NCBI GenBank assembly: GCA_023136305.1
Contig: JAGLSF010000001.1
Coordinates: 1-39,390 of the forward strand
Reading direction: 5' to 3'
Origin: Spirochaetota bacterium
Lineage (GTDB): Bacteria > Spirochaetota > B62-G9 > DRHN01
DNA: 39,390 nt
The position numbers and the translations under genes were made by a program. This document shows, piece by piece, positions 29,349-37,211 of this stretch. The notes under the pieces are model-generated. The model saw nothing but the letters and a program-made list of their open reading frames with translations, made no database searches and was not told where the DNA came from. The first letter of the stretch is position 1; every line of letters begins with the position of its first letter.

Positions 29349-30164
29349 CTAATCGAAAGCAGTAAAGGACTTGATGAAGCTGAAGCTCTTACTGATAATG
29401 GTTTTCTGAGATGGTACCCGTTCGGATGACAGGATTACGCATTCCGTCTCATATTGCATTTTATCCTCATACCGTATTTCACTCGGCTGCTCATCCCCCC
29501 TATAGATAATGGAAACATCATTTGACCAGAGATGCTCTGCACCGCCAAATACCATGAGATGCTCCACATGCACGCACAAATTCTGAAAATCGAGCGGCTC
29601 AGACCCCAAGTTCAGTATGCGCACGGGACAGATAATACGGTGCCGCAGGTCACCATGGTCCTCAATCTTCCTCAGAGCCCTGGTTGTAAGGGCGTAACAG
29701 AGCTCGCCTGTCATGGTGTCGCCGAACCATGTATTCGAGAGAACCAGAGAGGGGATTTCCTTGAACAGGGCCTTTTTTTCATTACCTGCCATGATCTGTA
29801 CCCATACGGGTATGCTCATGTAGAAAACGACATCGCTGTTTGTCGCCAGTTTAATCGGGAACTCGGGGCTCACCACAACCGCGCGATCGGGGAGTGCAGG
29901 CACAAGCTGGAATTTGGTGGAGGGATCCTGCACAATATAACGGTTCCAGGATAGGTCTTCCGGTAAATCTACATGATCTCTTACCTGAGTTGCTGAAAGG
30001 ACATTGATGTCTTCATCGCTGTAGGCCTGGGAGATGAGAAACTCCTCATCCCTGTGCTCCATCCAAAGGGAAAGAGAACCGATCTGCCAGTTGATTGTTT
30101 CGCCATTTTCTATCTGAAATTCGTCCCACATATTCATGTTTTTCACCCATCCATATGAAACCAC
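29349..30164 (-). CDS. Cytoplasmic hypothetical protein (possibly DUF432-like)
   Basis: 271-aa ORF with no signal peptide or TM segment. GTG start 11 nt after the OmpA-like stop; alternative ATGs are at codons 10 and 12. The DUF432 resemblance (LPDRAVVVSPEFPIKL...IPVWVQI) is from memory only. Confidence 0.6.
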   Translation of the reverse strand: MVSYGWVKNMNMWDEFQIENGETINWQIGSLSLWMEHRDEEFLISQAYSDEDINVLSATQVRDHVDLPEDLSWNRYIVQDPSTKFQLVPALPDRAVVVSPEFPIKLATNSDVVFYMSIPVWVQIMAGNEKKALFKEIPSLVLSNTWFGDTMTGELCYALTTRALRKIEDHGDLRHRIICPVRILNLGSEPLDFQNLCVHVEHLMVFGGAEHLWSNDVSIIYRGDEQPSEIRYEDKMQYETECVILSSERVPSQKTIISKSFSFIKSFTAFD

Positions 30165-30175
30165 TCAGTGTGATG

Positions 30176-31423
30176 CTATTCGTTCAATATAAGAATCTCA
30201 ACACGACGATTCCGCTGACGGCCTTCCCCGGTGCTGTTTGTTGCAACGGGGCTCTTCTCACCCATACCGATATAGGTGATACGGCCTCGAAGTGACCTGT
30301 CTCGACGCTGCAGCTCATCGGAGGTTATACGGGCCCTCCTCAGTGACAGGGAGAGGTTGTATTCCTCAGTTCCCGTGCTGTCGGTATGCCCAATAACGCG
30401 CACCTTTCTGTCGGTATAATCCTTGAGCACTTCGACGATGTTGTCGAGGTCACGATCAGCGTGTTGTGTGAGCTCATCCGAATCAAATTTGAAAAGGATC
30501 TCACCGATATTGATGAGTATTCCCTGGTCCGTTCTAGAAACCTCAACAGATGGTATATTTTCACGAAGCCGGCTTCTGAGATCTTCTATCTCCCGTTCAT
30601 CTTCCTCAGCTCCGGCTGTAAGGGTAAGTACTGCCCTGGAATTTCCCACATATTCCATGACATCCCCAGTTGACAACATGAAGATGTAATCAAAGTTTTC
30701 TCTATAGGAGTGGGGCAACCCTCGATCAAGATTCCAGTAGTAGAGCTGATTGAAATAAGCAACCACACGATAGGGCAGCATCGAATTCATAGGCGTACCC
30801 TGCCTGTATCTGATGGTGTAGTTGATAATGTAATTTATTGAGATCTTGGCGATCTTCTCACCATCGATCATGATGTTCCCAAGATACTGATAGGAAACTG
30901 AGGCGGGAAATATGACCGGATTGGATATGTTGAAAACCCTGGTGAAATCGTGTGCCTCATATGCCTTGGATTGCCACTGGTCTCCGATAGTGAGCGGTTC
31001 CTTCGGAAAGGTGGGAACGCCCCGCACCACGGGCATGAAGTAGCGGTCTTCAATTTCATAATAGCCGTATATATCCCGGTAGAACCTCGTGGGATACTCA
31101 TTCTCGAAAACGAAGTCATCCATGGCTCCACTGCTCTGATAGTAGAGAAAGGAGCCTTCATGTAGCGCTCGTTTATCCTCCACCCGCGTCACAGTCAAAT
31201 CACCTATATTCTTGATCCTGACCCGCTGCTGGAGTGTGTCGTTGAGATAGATCTCTTCGTTGACTAACCCTTCGATATGAAAGGTCTGTCCCGTTCTGTA
31301 TCTGAACCGGAATAACTCCTGCGCAAAACCGGTTTCAGCAGCCAGAATAATGGGAAGCAGGATGAATACGGGTAAGGCAATGTATATCCGCTTTAAAGAG
31401 CGAAAAAAATGTTTATAATCCAT
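30176..31423 (-). CDS. OmpA-family (peptidoglycan-binding C-terminal domain) envelope protein with an unknown N-terminal domain
   Basis: Signal peptide (IYIALPVFILLPIILAAETGFAQ) and a C-terminal OmpA-like motif: VRVIGHTDSTGTEEYNLSLSLRRA ... GMGEKSPVATNSTGEGRQRNRRVEILI. Confidence 0.85.
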   Translation of the reverse strand: MDYKHFFRSLKRIYIALPVFILLPIILAAETGFAQELFRFRYRTGQTFHIEGLVNEEIYLNDTLQQRVRIKNIGDLTVTRVEDKRALHEGSFLYYQSSGAMDDFVFENEYPTRFYRDIYGYYEIEDRYFMPVVRGVPTFPKEPLTIGDQWQSKAYEAHDFTRVFNISNPVIFPASVSYQYLGNIMIDGEKIAKISINYIINYTIRYRQGTPMNSMLPYRVVAYFNQLYYWNLDRGLPHSYRENFDYIFMLSTGDVMEYVGNSRAVLTLTAGAEEDEREIEDLRSRLRENIPSVEVSRTDQGILINIGEILFKFDSDELTQHADRDLDNIVEVLKDYTDRKVRVIGHTDSTGTEEYNLSLSLRRARITSDELQRRDRSLRGRITYIGMGEKSPVATNSTGEGRQRNRRVEILILNE

Positions 31424-31545
31424 GAGTATGTGCTCCTATGTGACCATACAGTATGATACTCCTGCATGAAATGACTGAGTGGAAATGGGATTGTACGCCG
31501 CGCAGTTACATTATCGGCAGGTACATGGAGTAATTTGTATTTCTT

Positions 31546-32382
31546 TTATTCCTTCAGGCCGGTGAGTGTTATACCCTCAATAAACTGCTTCTGGGCAATG
31601 AGGAAAATGATAAGTATGGGAATGGTGGCAATGGTGGTGCCTGCCATGAGCTGACCCCAATTAATACCCCCTTCCTCCTTGAACATGGCAAGCCCGTACT
31701 GCAGTGTACGGATCTCGATGCGGTTCGTGACTATAAGGGGCCAGAGATAGTTGTTCCAGCTCCACATGAAGGTGAATATGGCAAGAGTGGCAAGAATGGG
31801 ACGCGAAAGTGGTATCAGAATTCTGATAAGGAAGCCAAGATGGCTACAACCGTCGAGAAATGCGGCTTCTTCCAGTTCTTTTGGTACAGTCATAAAGAAC
31901 TGACGCAGCAGAAAGGTACCAAAGGCGCTCGATACAAAGGGCAGTATCATTGCAGCATAGGTATCTATAAGTCTGAAAAAATTGAGAATGATGTATACAG
32001 GAACCATGATAACGTGTTGCGGTATCATCATAGTCGCTAGTAGTATGTAGAACAATCCGTTCCGGAAGGGAAAACGAAGCCGTGCAAAGGCGTAGGCCGA
32101 AAGTGAACAGGTAAAAAGCTGACTCAGCGTAATACTCAGGGATACGATAACGCTGTTGAGAAAAAATCGTCCTATAGGGATAGAGGTGAATACGTTCTGA
32201 TAATTGATAAGCGTAAAACGCTTCGGGATCAGGTTGTAGGGATTCGAGAGAACCTCACGCATCTCCTTGAAGGATGTGGAGAAACCCCACAGAAATGGGA
32301 AGATCATGAGTATCGCACCGGCAATCAGCAGGACATGCAGAATACCGTGCTTGATGTGTCTTGAGATCTTCCGTCTTCTCAA
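31546..32382 (-). CDS. Carbohydrate-type ABC transporter permease (MalG/UgpE-like)
   Basis: 278-aa product with 6 predicted TM segments and the EAA loop ELEEAAFLDGCSHLGFLIRILIPLSRP. Confidence 0.9.
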   Translation of the reverse strand: MRRRKISRHIKHGILHVLLIAGAILMIFPFLWGFSTSFKEMREVLSNPYNLIPKRFTLINYQNVFTSIPIGRFFLNSVIVSLSITLSQLFTCSLSAYAFARLRFPFRNGLFYILLATMMIPQHVIMVPVYIILNFFRLIDTYAAMILPFVSSAFGTFLLRQFFMTVPKELEEAAFLDGCSHLGFLIRILIPLSRPILATLAIFTFMWSWNNYLWPLIVTNRIEIRTLQYGLAMFKEEGGINWGQLMAGTTIATIPILIIFLIAQKQFIEGITLTGLKE

Positions 32383-33305
32383 TAGTGCACCCGTTTTCCG
32401 ATGACTTTCACCTGAAGATAGGTGAGAAACAGTACAATTGCAAACAGTATATAGGCAGCAGAAGAGGCGTATCCCACTTCAAGAAATTTGAATGCCTTCT
32501 GATACACGAAATAGACGAGAACCAGTGAGGAGTTGAGAGGCCCTCCCTGTGTGGTGACAGCCACCTGTTCGAACACCTGAAATGATACGATGACTGCCAT
32601 GATGAGCACAAAGAATGTAGTGGGGCTCAGAATCGGCAGGGTTATGGAAAAAAAGCGTCGTACAGGACCAGCACCGTCCATCTCTGCTGCTTCATAATAG
32701 CTTCGTGGAATATTCTGTAGCCCGGCGAGAAAGATAATCATGTAGTATCCTACGTTTTTCCATATACTCATGATGCCGATGGCAACAAGCGTCACGCTGG
32801 GACCGCCGAGCCAGCGGGGGATATGTACCCCAAAGGACTCAAACAGAACGGTAAAGACTCCTTTAGGCTCGTTGAGCCATGAGAGAGGTTTCAGACCGAT
32901 GAGACCGAACACAAAGTTCAGGATACCGTTCTGAGACTGGAAAATCCACTGCCAGATGAATGCACTTGCAACAAAGGATGTCATAACAGGCATGAAATAG
33001 GCGACCCTGTAGAAGGCTATGCCTTTTATTCTCGTATTCAATAGCAACGCGATCACAAGGGCAAAAATAACACAGAGCGGTACCGTAATAAACGTGTAGT
33101 ACACGGTATTTATGAGTGCCTTCCAGAACTCCTCTGAGCGAAAAAGCTTACCGTAATTGCTCAGACCGATGAATTTCATTGGAGCCAGAAGGTTCCACTT
33201 GTTGAAGCTTATGTAGAGTGCAAAGAAAATGGGAAGGATAATAAAGATGGTGATTACCAGATAGGTGGGGAGAATAAAGAGGATTGCCCGCTTTGTGTCT
33301 CTCAT
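32379..33305 (-). CDS. Carbohydrate-type ABC transporter permease (MalF/UgpA-like)
   Basis: 308-aa product with multiple TM segments and the EAA loop YYEAAEMDGAGPVRRFFSITLPILSP. 4-nt overlap with the downstream permease. Confidence 0.9.
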   Translation of the reverse strand: MRDTKRAILFILPTYLVITIFIILPIFFALYISFNKWNLLAPMKFIGLSNYGKLFRSEEFWKALINTVYYTFITVPLCVIFALVIALLLNTRIKGIAFYRVAYFMPVMTSFVASAFIWQWIFQSQNGILNFVFGLIGLKPLSWLNEPKGVFTVLFESFGVHIPRWLGGPSVTLVAIGIMSIWKNVGYYMIIFLAGLQNIPRSYYEAAEMDGAGPVRRFFSITLPILSPTTFFVLIMAVIVSFQVFEQVAVTTQGGPLNSSLVLVYFVYQKAFKFLEVGYASSAAYILFAIVLFLTYLQVKVIGKRVHY

Positions 33306-33311
33306 AATCTG

Positions 33312-34484
33312 TTAAAAGTTTTTACTCAGGTTAATCATCAGCCCTGATCCGTACGCAACCTCAAAAACAAATGGGTCCTGATACTTTGTGTACCAGTGGA
33401 GACCTATACCGCCGCCGAGAAGAAACTCTACCTCATCATCGCCAACCATTCCGTAGTCGATGAATGGGACGAGATGTATACGGTTATAGGTCGGCCATGG
33501 AAAATCGAAATTATTGATAAAGGTCAGACGATAATTTCCCGTGTGTGCATCGTAATAGGTGCCCCTTATATTCGACTCCACTTTATATTCATTCGGAACC
33601 GTACCCTCCTGATAGGAAGCGTAGATATTCAGAGAATAGACAATCTGCAGGAGTATATCCCAGTTGAAGCTCAGCCTGCTGTCGATACCGAAAAACTCCG
33701 TATTGTCTGAGTCGGATTCACTCGGTACGTTGATCCCTACATAGGGTGTGAGAAAGAGGTTATGCCACTTCTTCTGTTTTGCTGTGTATCTCCTGTAGGG
33801 GCCCCATCGGAGGTAGGGGAAAAAGACGAATGAAAGAGTGGAATCCGAGCTCTGTCGGGGCGATTCACGGCTGCTATGTATATCTGCGCCAAGCAGGAAA
33901 CGCTCACTGAAGTTGTACCCTAAGCCGGCGATCAGTTTCTGAACGTTCTGATCGTAAAAGTAGTCGTACCGAACATCGAGTCCTACCTTATACTGAAGCC
34001 TCCCCGGGTTCCCGATATAACGAGAAATCACACCATAGTCCCGATAAAAAGGGACCTCGAGGTAGAAGAGCGAGCCGTTGCCATGCACATTGGTGTAATC
34101 CAGATAGAGTGATGTTGCAGAATAAAACTTCTTGTCCTCGTAGCCAAGATAGCCCGCCAGGCCGAAATGAAGATAGTTTTTTTCCCTTACCTGTACGGTT
34201 AAAACCAGGTTGTTTTCGTCATCGAGTTCATCATTGAAGAATACACTCACGAACAGACCAGTTTTTTCAAGATTCTGCCTGCTTGTGTTGATCTCGTCGA
34301 TCACCCTGTCAAGATCATATACCTGTCCTTCCTGCAGCGTGAGCAGGGACCTGATCAGATCCTCCCTGGTTACACTGTTGCCCTCTATATCTATGCGATC
34401 AAGATGAATTGCATCATCAGCAATGGCCGGTGTCAGGAGCGAAAGAAGCAGGAATAGAGTAACAGCAGCATGTGTCCCTCTCAT
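33312..34484 (-). CDS. Omp85/BamA-superfamily outer-membrane beta-barrel protein with a single POTRA domain
   Basis: Signal peptide (LLLSLLTPAIA/DD) and a POTRA-like unit (IDIEGNSVTREDLIRSLLTLQEGQVYDLDRVIDEINTSRQNLEKTGLF). About 300 aa of alternating-hydrophobic beta-strand sequence follows. An IRGTY motif sits at the position of the Omp85 loop-6 VRGY/F motif. The terminal residue is Phe. Confidence 0.72.
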   Translation of the reverse strand: MRGTHAAVTLFLLLSLLTPAIADDAIHLDRIDIEGNSVTREDLIRSLLTLQEGQVYDLDRVIDEINTSRQNLEKTGLFVSVFFNDELDDENNLVLTVQVREKNYLHFGLAGYLGYEDKKFYSATSLYLDYTNVHGNGSLFYLEVPFYRDYGVISRYIGNPGRLQYKVGLDVRYDYFYDQNVQKLIAGLGYNFSERFLLGADIHSSRESPRQSSDSTLSFVFFPYLRWGPYRRYTAKQKKWHNLFLTPYVGINVPSESDSDNTEFFGIDSRLSFNWDILLQIVYSLNIYASYQEGTVPNEYKVESNIRGTYYDAHTGNYRLTFINNFDFPWPTYNRIHLVPFIDYGMVGDDEVEFLLGGGIGLHWYTKYQDPFVFEVAYGSGLMINLSKNF

Positions 34485-35764
34485 CTTTCCTCCTCTCTGT
34501 TTAGGATTTCATTTGTCTTCTCTGCTGCAAGGTCAAGAATGATCTGTGGATCTTTTTTGTTGATCATTATGTCCTCTATCGCATACCGAATGATCTGGTC
34601 AATCTGAGGAAGATAGGGTGTGAAGTCGGGAGGCCTTGCATAGGGGAGCTGGTCAACAGGAACCCGGTAATTGGGATTGAGCCGATGAAATCCCTGCAGT
34701 TCATAACTCTCTATCGCCGATTTCCTCAATGGCAGATATCCAGTCGCTTTATGCCAGCGAATACAGTTTTCCTTCTGCGTAAGCCAGGAGATGAAATCAA
34801 AGGCGGCTTTCTGCCGTCTCGATGAACGGGAAAAGATTACGAGCCCCGCTCCTCCGAGAAGTACCGATTTATTTTCTATATAGGGCAGGGGGGCAATACC
34901 CATATCCCACGGAAGATTCTCTTCGGCAAACTTAATACCTGCACAGGTAATGGGGCCCATCACGATTTTTCCCTCGAGAAATGCCGATGCTCCCTCAAAA
35001 AGAGTCCAGTTCGAAGGCATTATACGGTGTGTGTGGGCAAGGTCCTGCACCAGTTCCATGACTTTCACGCCAGCTTCACTGTTGAACAGGGCCTTCGTTC
35101 GGTCCTGGTTGAGAAATTCCCCTCCCATCTGCCTGATCAGGGGAGTAAATCCAAAAACACCCTCCAGTGAAATCAGGACCCCCCACTGATCTACAACACC
35201 GTTATTGTCAAAGTCCTTTGTGAGCTGTATACCATAGGTGATGACGTCATCCCATGTCTTCGGTGGTTTGTCAGGGTCTAAGCCGATTTCCCGAAATGCA
35301 TCTTTGTTATAGTAGAGGACCTGTACACTCAGATTGAAGGGAAAAGCGTACACCTCCCTGCCCCTGGTCACGCCACTCCAGAACTGACTCAGTATATCAC
35401 TCCGATCCTCCTCGGAAATACGCTCCGTTATGGGCTCAATATTGCCGCCCTGGATGTAAATGTCGAGATACTCTATGGCAACCTGTGCAATATCGGGCTC
35501 ATTTCCCGATTGAACAGCCTGGATGAGTTTCGTCTTCATCTCGCCGTACAGGCCCTGGAAGACCAGGTCCACATTCACGTTGTCCTGACTGTCGTTGTAC
35601 TCAGTGACGAGCCTTTCAAGAGCATCCCCCTGATAAATACTCATGCTGTGCCAGAAGGTTAATCGCGTGCCTTTCCTCCTTCTCCGGCCCATGGCGTACA
35701 GTGTCGTACAGGAAAAGGCAATCAGCAGGAGCAGTGTAAACCCTATGTATGCCCACCTTTTCAT
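34481..35764 (-). CDS. ABC transporter substrate-binding protein (family 1, sugar type), probable lipoprotein
   Basis: 427-aa product with a signal sequence and lipobox-like LLIAFSC. The SBP family 1 pattern is present (LTFWHSM..., DIAQV, YYNKDAF, WDD..., GGAGLVI). 4-nt overlaps with both neighbouring genes. Confidence 0.9.
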   Translation of the reverse strand: MKRWAYIGFTLLLLIAFSCTTLYAMGRRRRKGTRLTFWHSMSIYQGDALERLVTEYNDSQDNVNVDLVFQGLYGEMKTKLIQAVQSGNEPDIAQVAIEYLDIYIQGGNIEPITERISEEDRSDILSQFWSGVTRGREVYAFPFNLSVQVLYYNKDAFREIGLDPDKPPKTWDDVITYGIQLTKDFDNNGVVDQWGVLISLEGVFGFTPLIRQMGGEFLNQDRTKALFNSEAGVKVMELVQDLAHTHRIMPSNWTLFEGASAFLEGKIVMGPITCAGIKFAEENLPWDMGIAPLPYIENKSVLLGGAGLVIFSRSSRRQKAAFDFISWLTQKENCIRWHKATGYLPLRKSAIESYELQGFHRLNPNYRVPVDQLPYARPPDFTPYLPQIDQIIRYAIEDIMINKKDPQIILDLAAEKTNEILNREEER

Positions 35765-37173
35765 TGGTCTTCTCGCATGCGTAAACCCTCTGACAGTATC
35801 GATCGTTCGCTCTCTGTAATATACCAGTGGTCGTCTATGTATTGCAATTGTATCGTTTCCTCAATCACTGTTTCATGCAGGCCCTCTCCGGAACTGATGA
35901 CCCTCACATATCGTGCTCTGAACACCGGTACAGCATCGTCCTGTATCAATCCAAGTTCCAGGTCCCTGATACCGAACACCGTGTGCAGTTGTGGATCAAA
36001 CTCACCCTCCGTCAATTCGTCCGGATGTACCAGTGCTTTGCCGAATGCACTCTCCATCTTGAGCATTACAAAAACAGTGCTCAGCTCGTTTTTTACCTGC
36101 TTTCCCTCTCTCTTGTAATAGATTGCATCCAAAACGTTGAGGTCAAGGGTATTGATTGCAGTGAAATACAGTTCCACTACCTGCCTTGGTGCAAGACCGG
36201 CGGTGTAGTCTTCCCTCCTGATTGATCTCATTACATCGGAAAGCAGATAGAGAGCAACCCCAAAGAGTATCAATATAACGAGCAGCACCTTCCATCGTCT
36301 GGTGAAGAAACCGGCCATTCCCGCTCTGAAAGAAACGACATTCCTCCTCCTCGAGAAGGGGATTTTTTCGGCCCTCTCAAGCTCAGTTTTTTTTGTTGCA
36401 GAGGAGGCAATGGTTTCTCTGAGTAATGCAAGCTGTATTTGCTTACCGTGCATTATGTCCCAGAGTGTATCAGCGAGGGCTTTTGGAATATCCTCTATTT
36501 CGGTTTTCAGGTAATACACCCTGCTGTCATAGGCACTCTGCTCCATTCCTGTACCGTCTAATCTCCTGTTCCTGGTAAAGAAGAGGTACATGAGCCGAGC
36601 CAGAATCTGTGAGCAGAGATGCTCGTCAACCAGCTTCTCCATCTTCCCGCGTCCTGTACTGTGCTTTTCAGATTTTTCCCCAGATGCTTGGTCGATCATG
36701 GCAGGGTAGTAGAGGATCTGTCTTGTAACGTCATCGTAAAAGGTGTTGAGATAGTCAATCAGTGAAAAGGGCAGATAGGTGATTTTCGAATGATCTTCTG
36801 TCACATACACGCTGTTCAGGAGAAGGATTGGGAATCCGCCTGACACATCCCTATATTTTATTGACGCATCGATTAACGCAATAACAGTTCGAAGAAACTT
36901 TTCTGTCTCACTATTCTTGAAGGACGCGGCTCTATAATCCCTGTATACATCGTACAGAGATGCTCCGCTGACCGCAGCCCCCCCCAGGTATATGCAGCCT
37001 TTCTCAGTAACGATACCGGTGAAGCTGTCAAGACTGACCTGATCACCGCTGACCACATGGATGGAGGCAGGAATGTGAGATTTAAGACCGTTTATGAGGG
37101 AGACGATTGTCCTCTTTGAATGGGTACTATTGCAGATTCCCGTACCGAATAATGGGGGGTTCGTTTTTTTCAT
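35761..37173 (-). CDS. Hypothetical bitopic membrane protein (N-terminal cytoplasmic domain, one TM, C-terminal NTF2-like periplasmic domain)
   Basis: 470 aa from ATG 37173 (MKKTNPPLFG...). The longer ORF to 37224 would overlap the divergent gene. The single TM segment is WKVLLVILILFGVALYLLS, preceded by basic residues. 4-nt overlap with the SBP gene. Confidence 0.65.
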   Translation of the reverse strand: MKKTNPPLFGTGICNSTHSKRTIVSLINGLKSHIPASIHVVSGDQVSLDSFTGIVTEKGCIYLGGAAVSGASLYDVYRDYRAASFKNSETEKFLRTVIALIDASIKYRDVSGGFPILLLNSVYVTEDHSKITYLPFSLIDYLNTFYDDVTRQILYYPAMIDQASGEKSEKHSTGRGKMEKLVDEHLCSQILARLMYLFFTRNRRLDGTGMEQSAYDSRVYYLKTEIEDIPKALADTLWDIMHGKQIQLALLRETIASSATKKTELERAEKIPFSRRRNVVSFRAGMAGFFTRRWKVLLVILILFGVALYLLSDVMRSIRREDYTAGLAPRQVVELYFTAINTLDLNVLDAIYYKREGKQVKNELSTVFVMLKMESAFGKALVHPDELTEGEFDPQLHTVFGIRDLELGLIQDDAVPVFRARYVRVISSGEGLHETVIEETIQLQYIDDHWYITESERSILSEGLRMREDQ

Positions 37174-37211
37174 ATGCGAAATTGTCAAGATAAAGTAGTT
37201 TATATCAGTAT

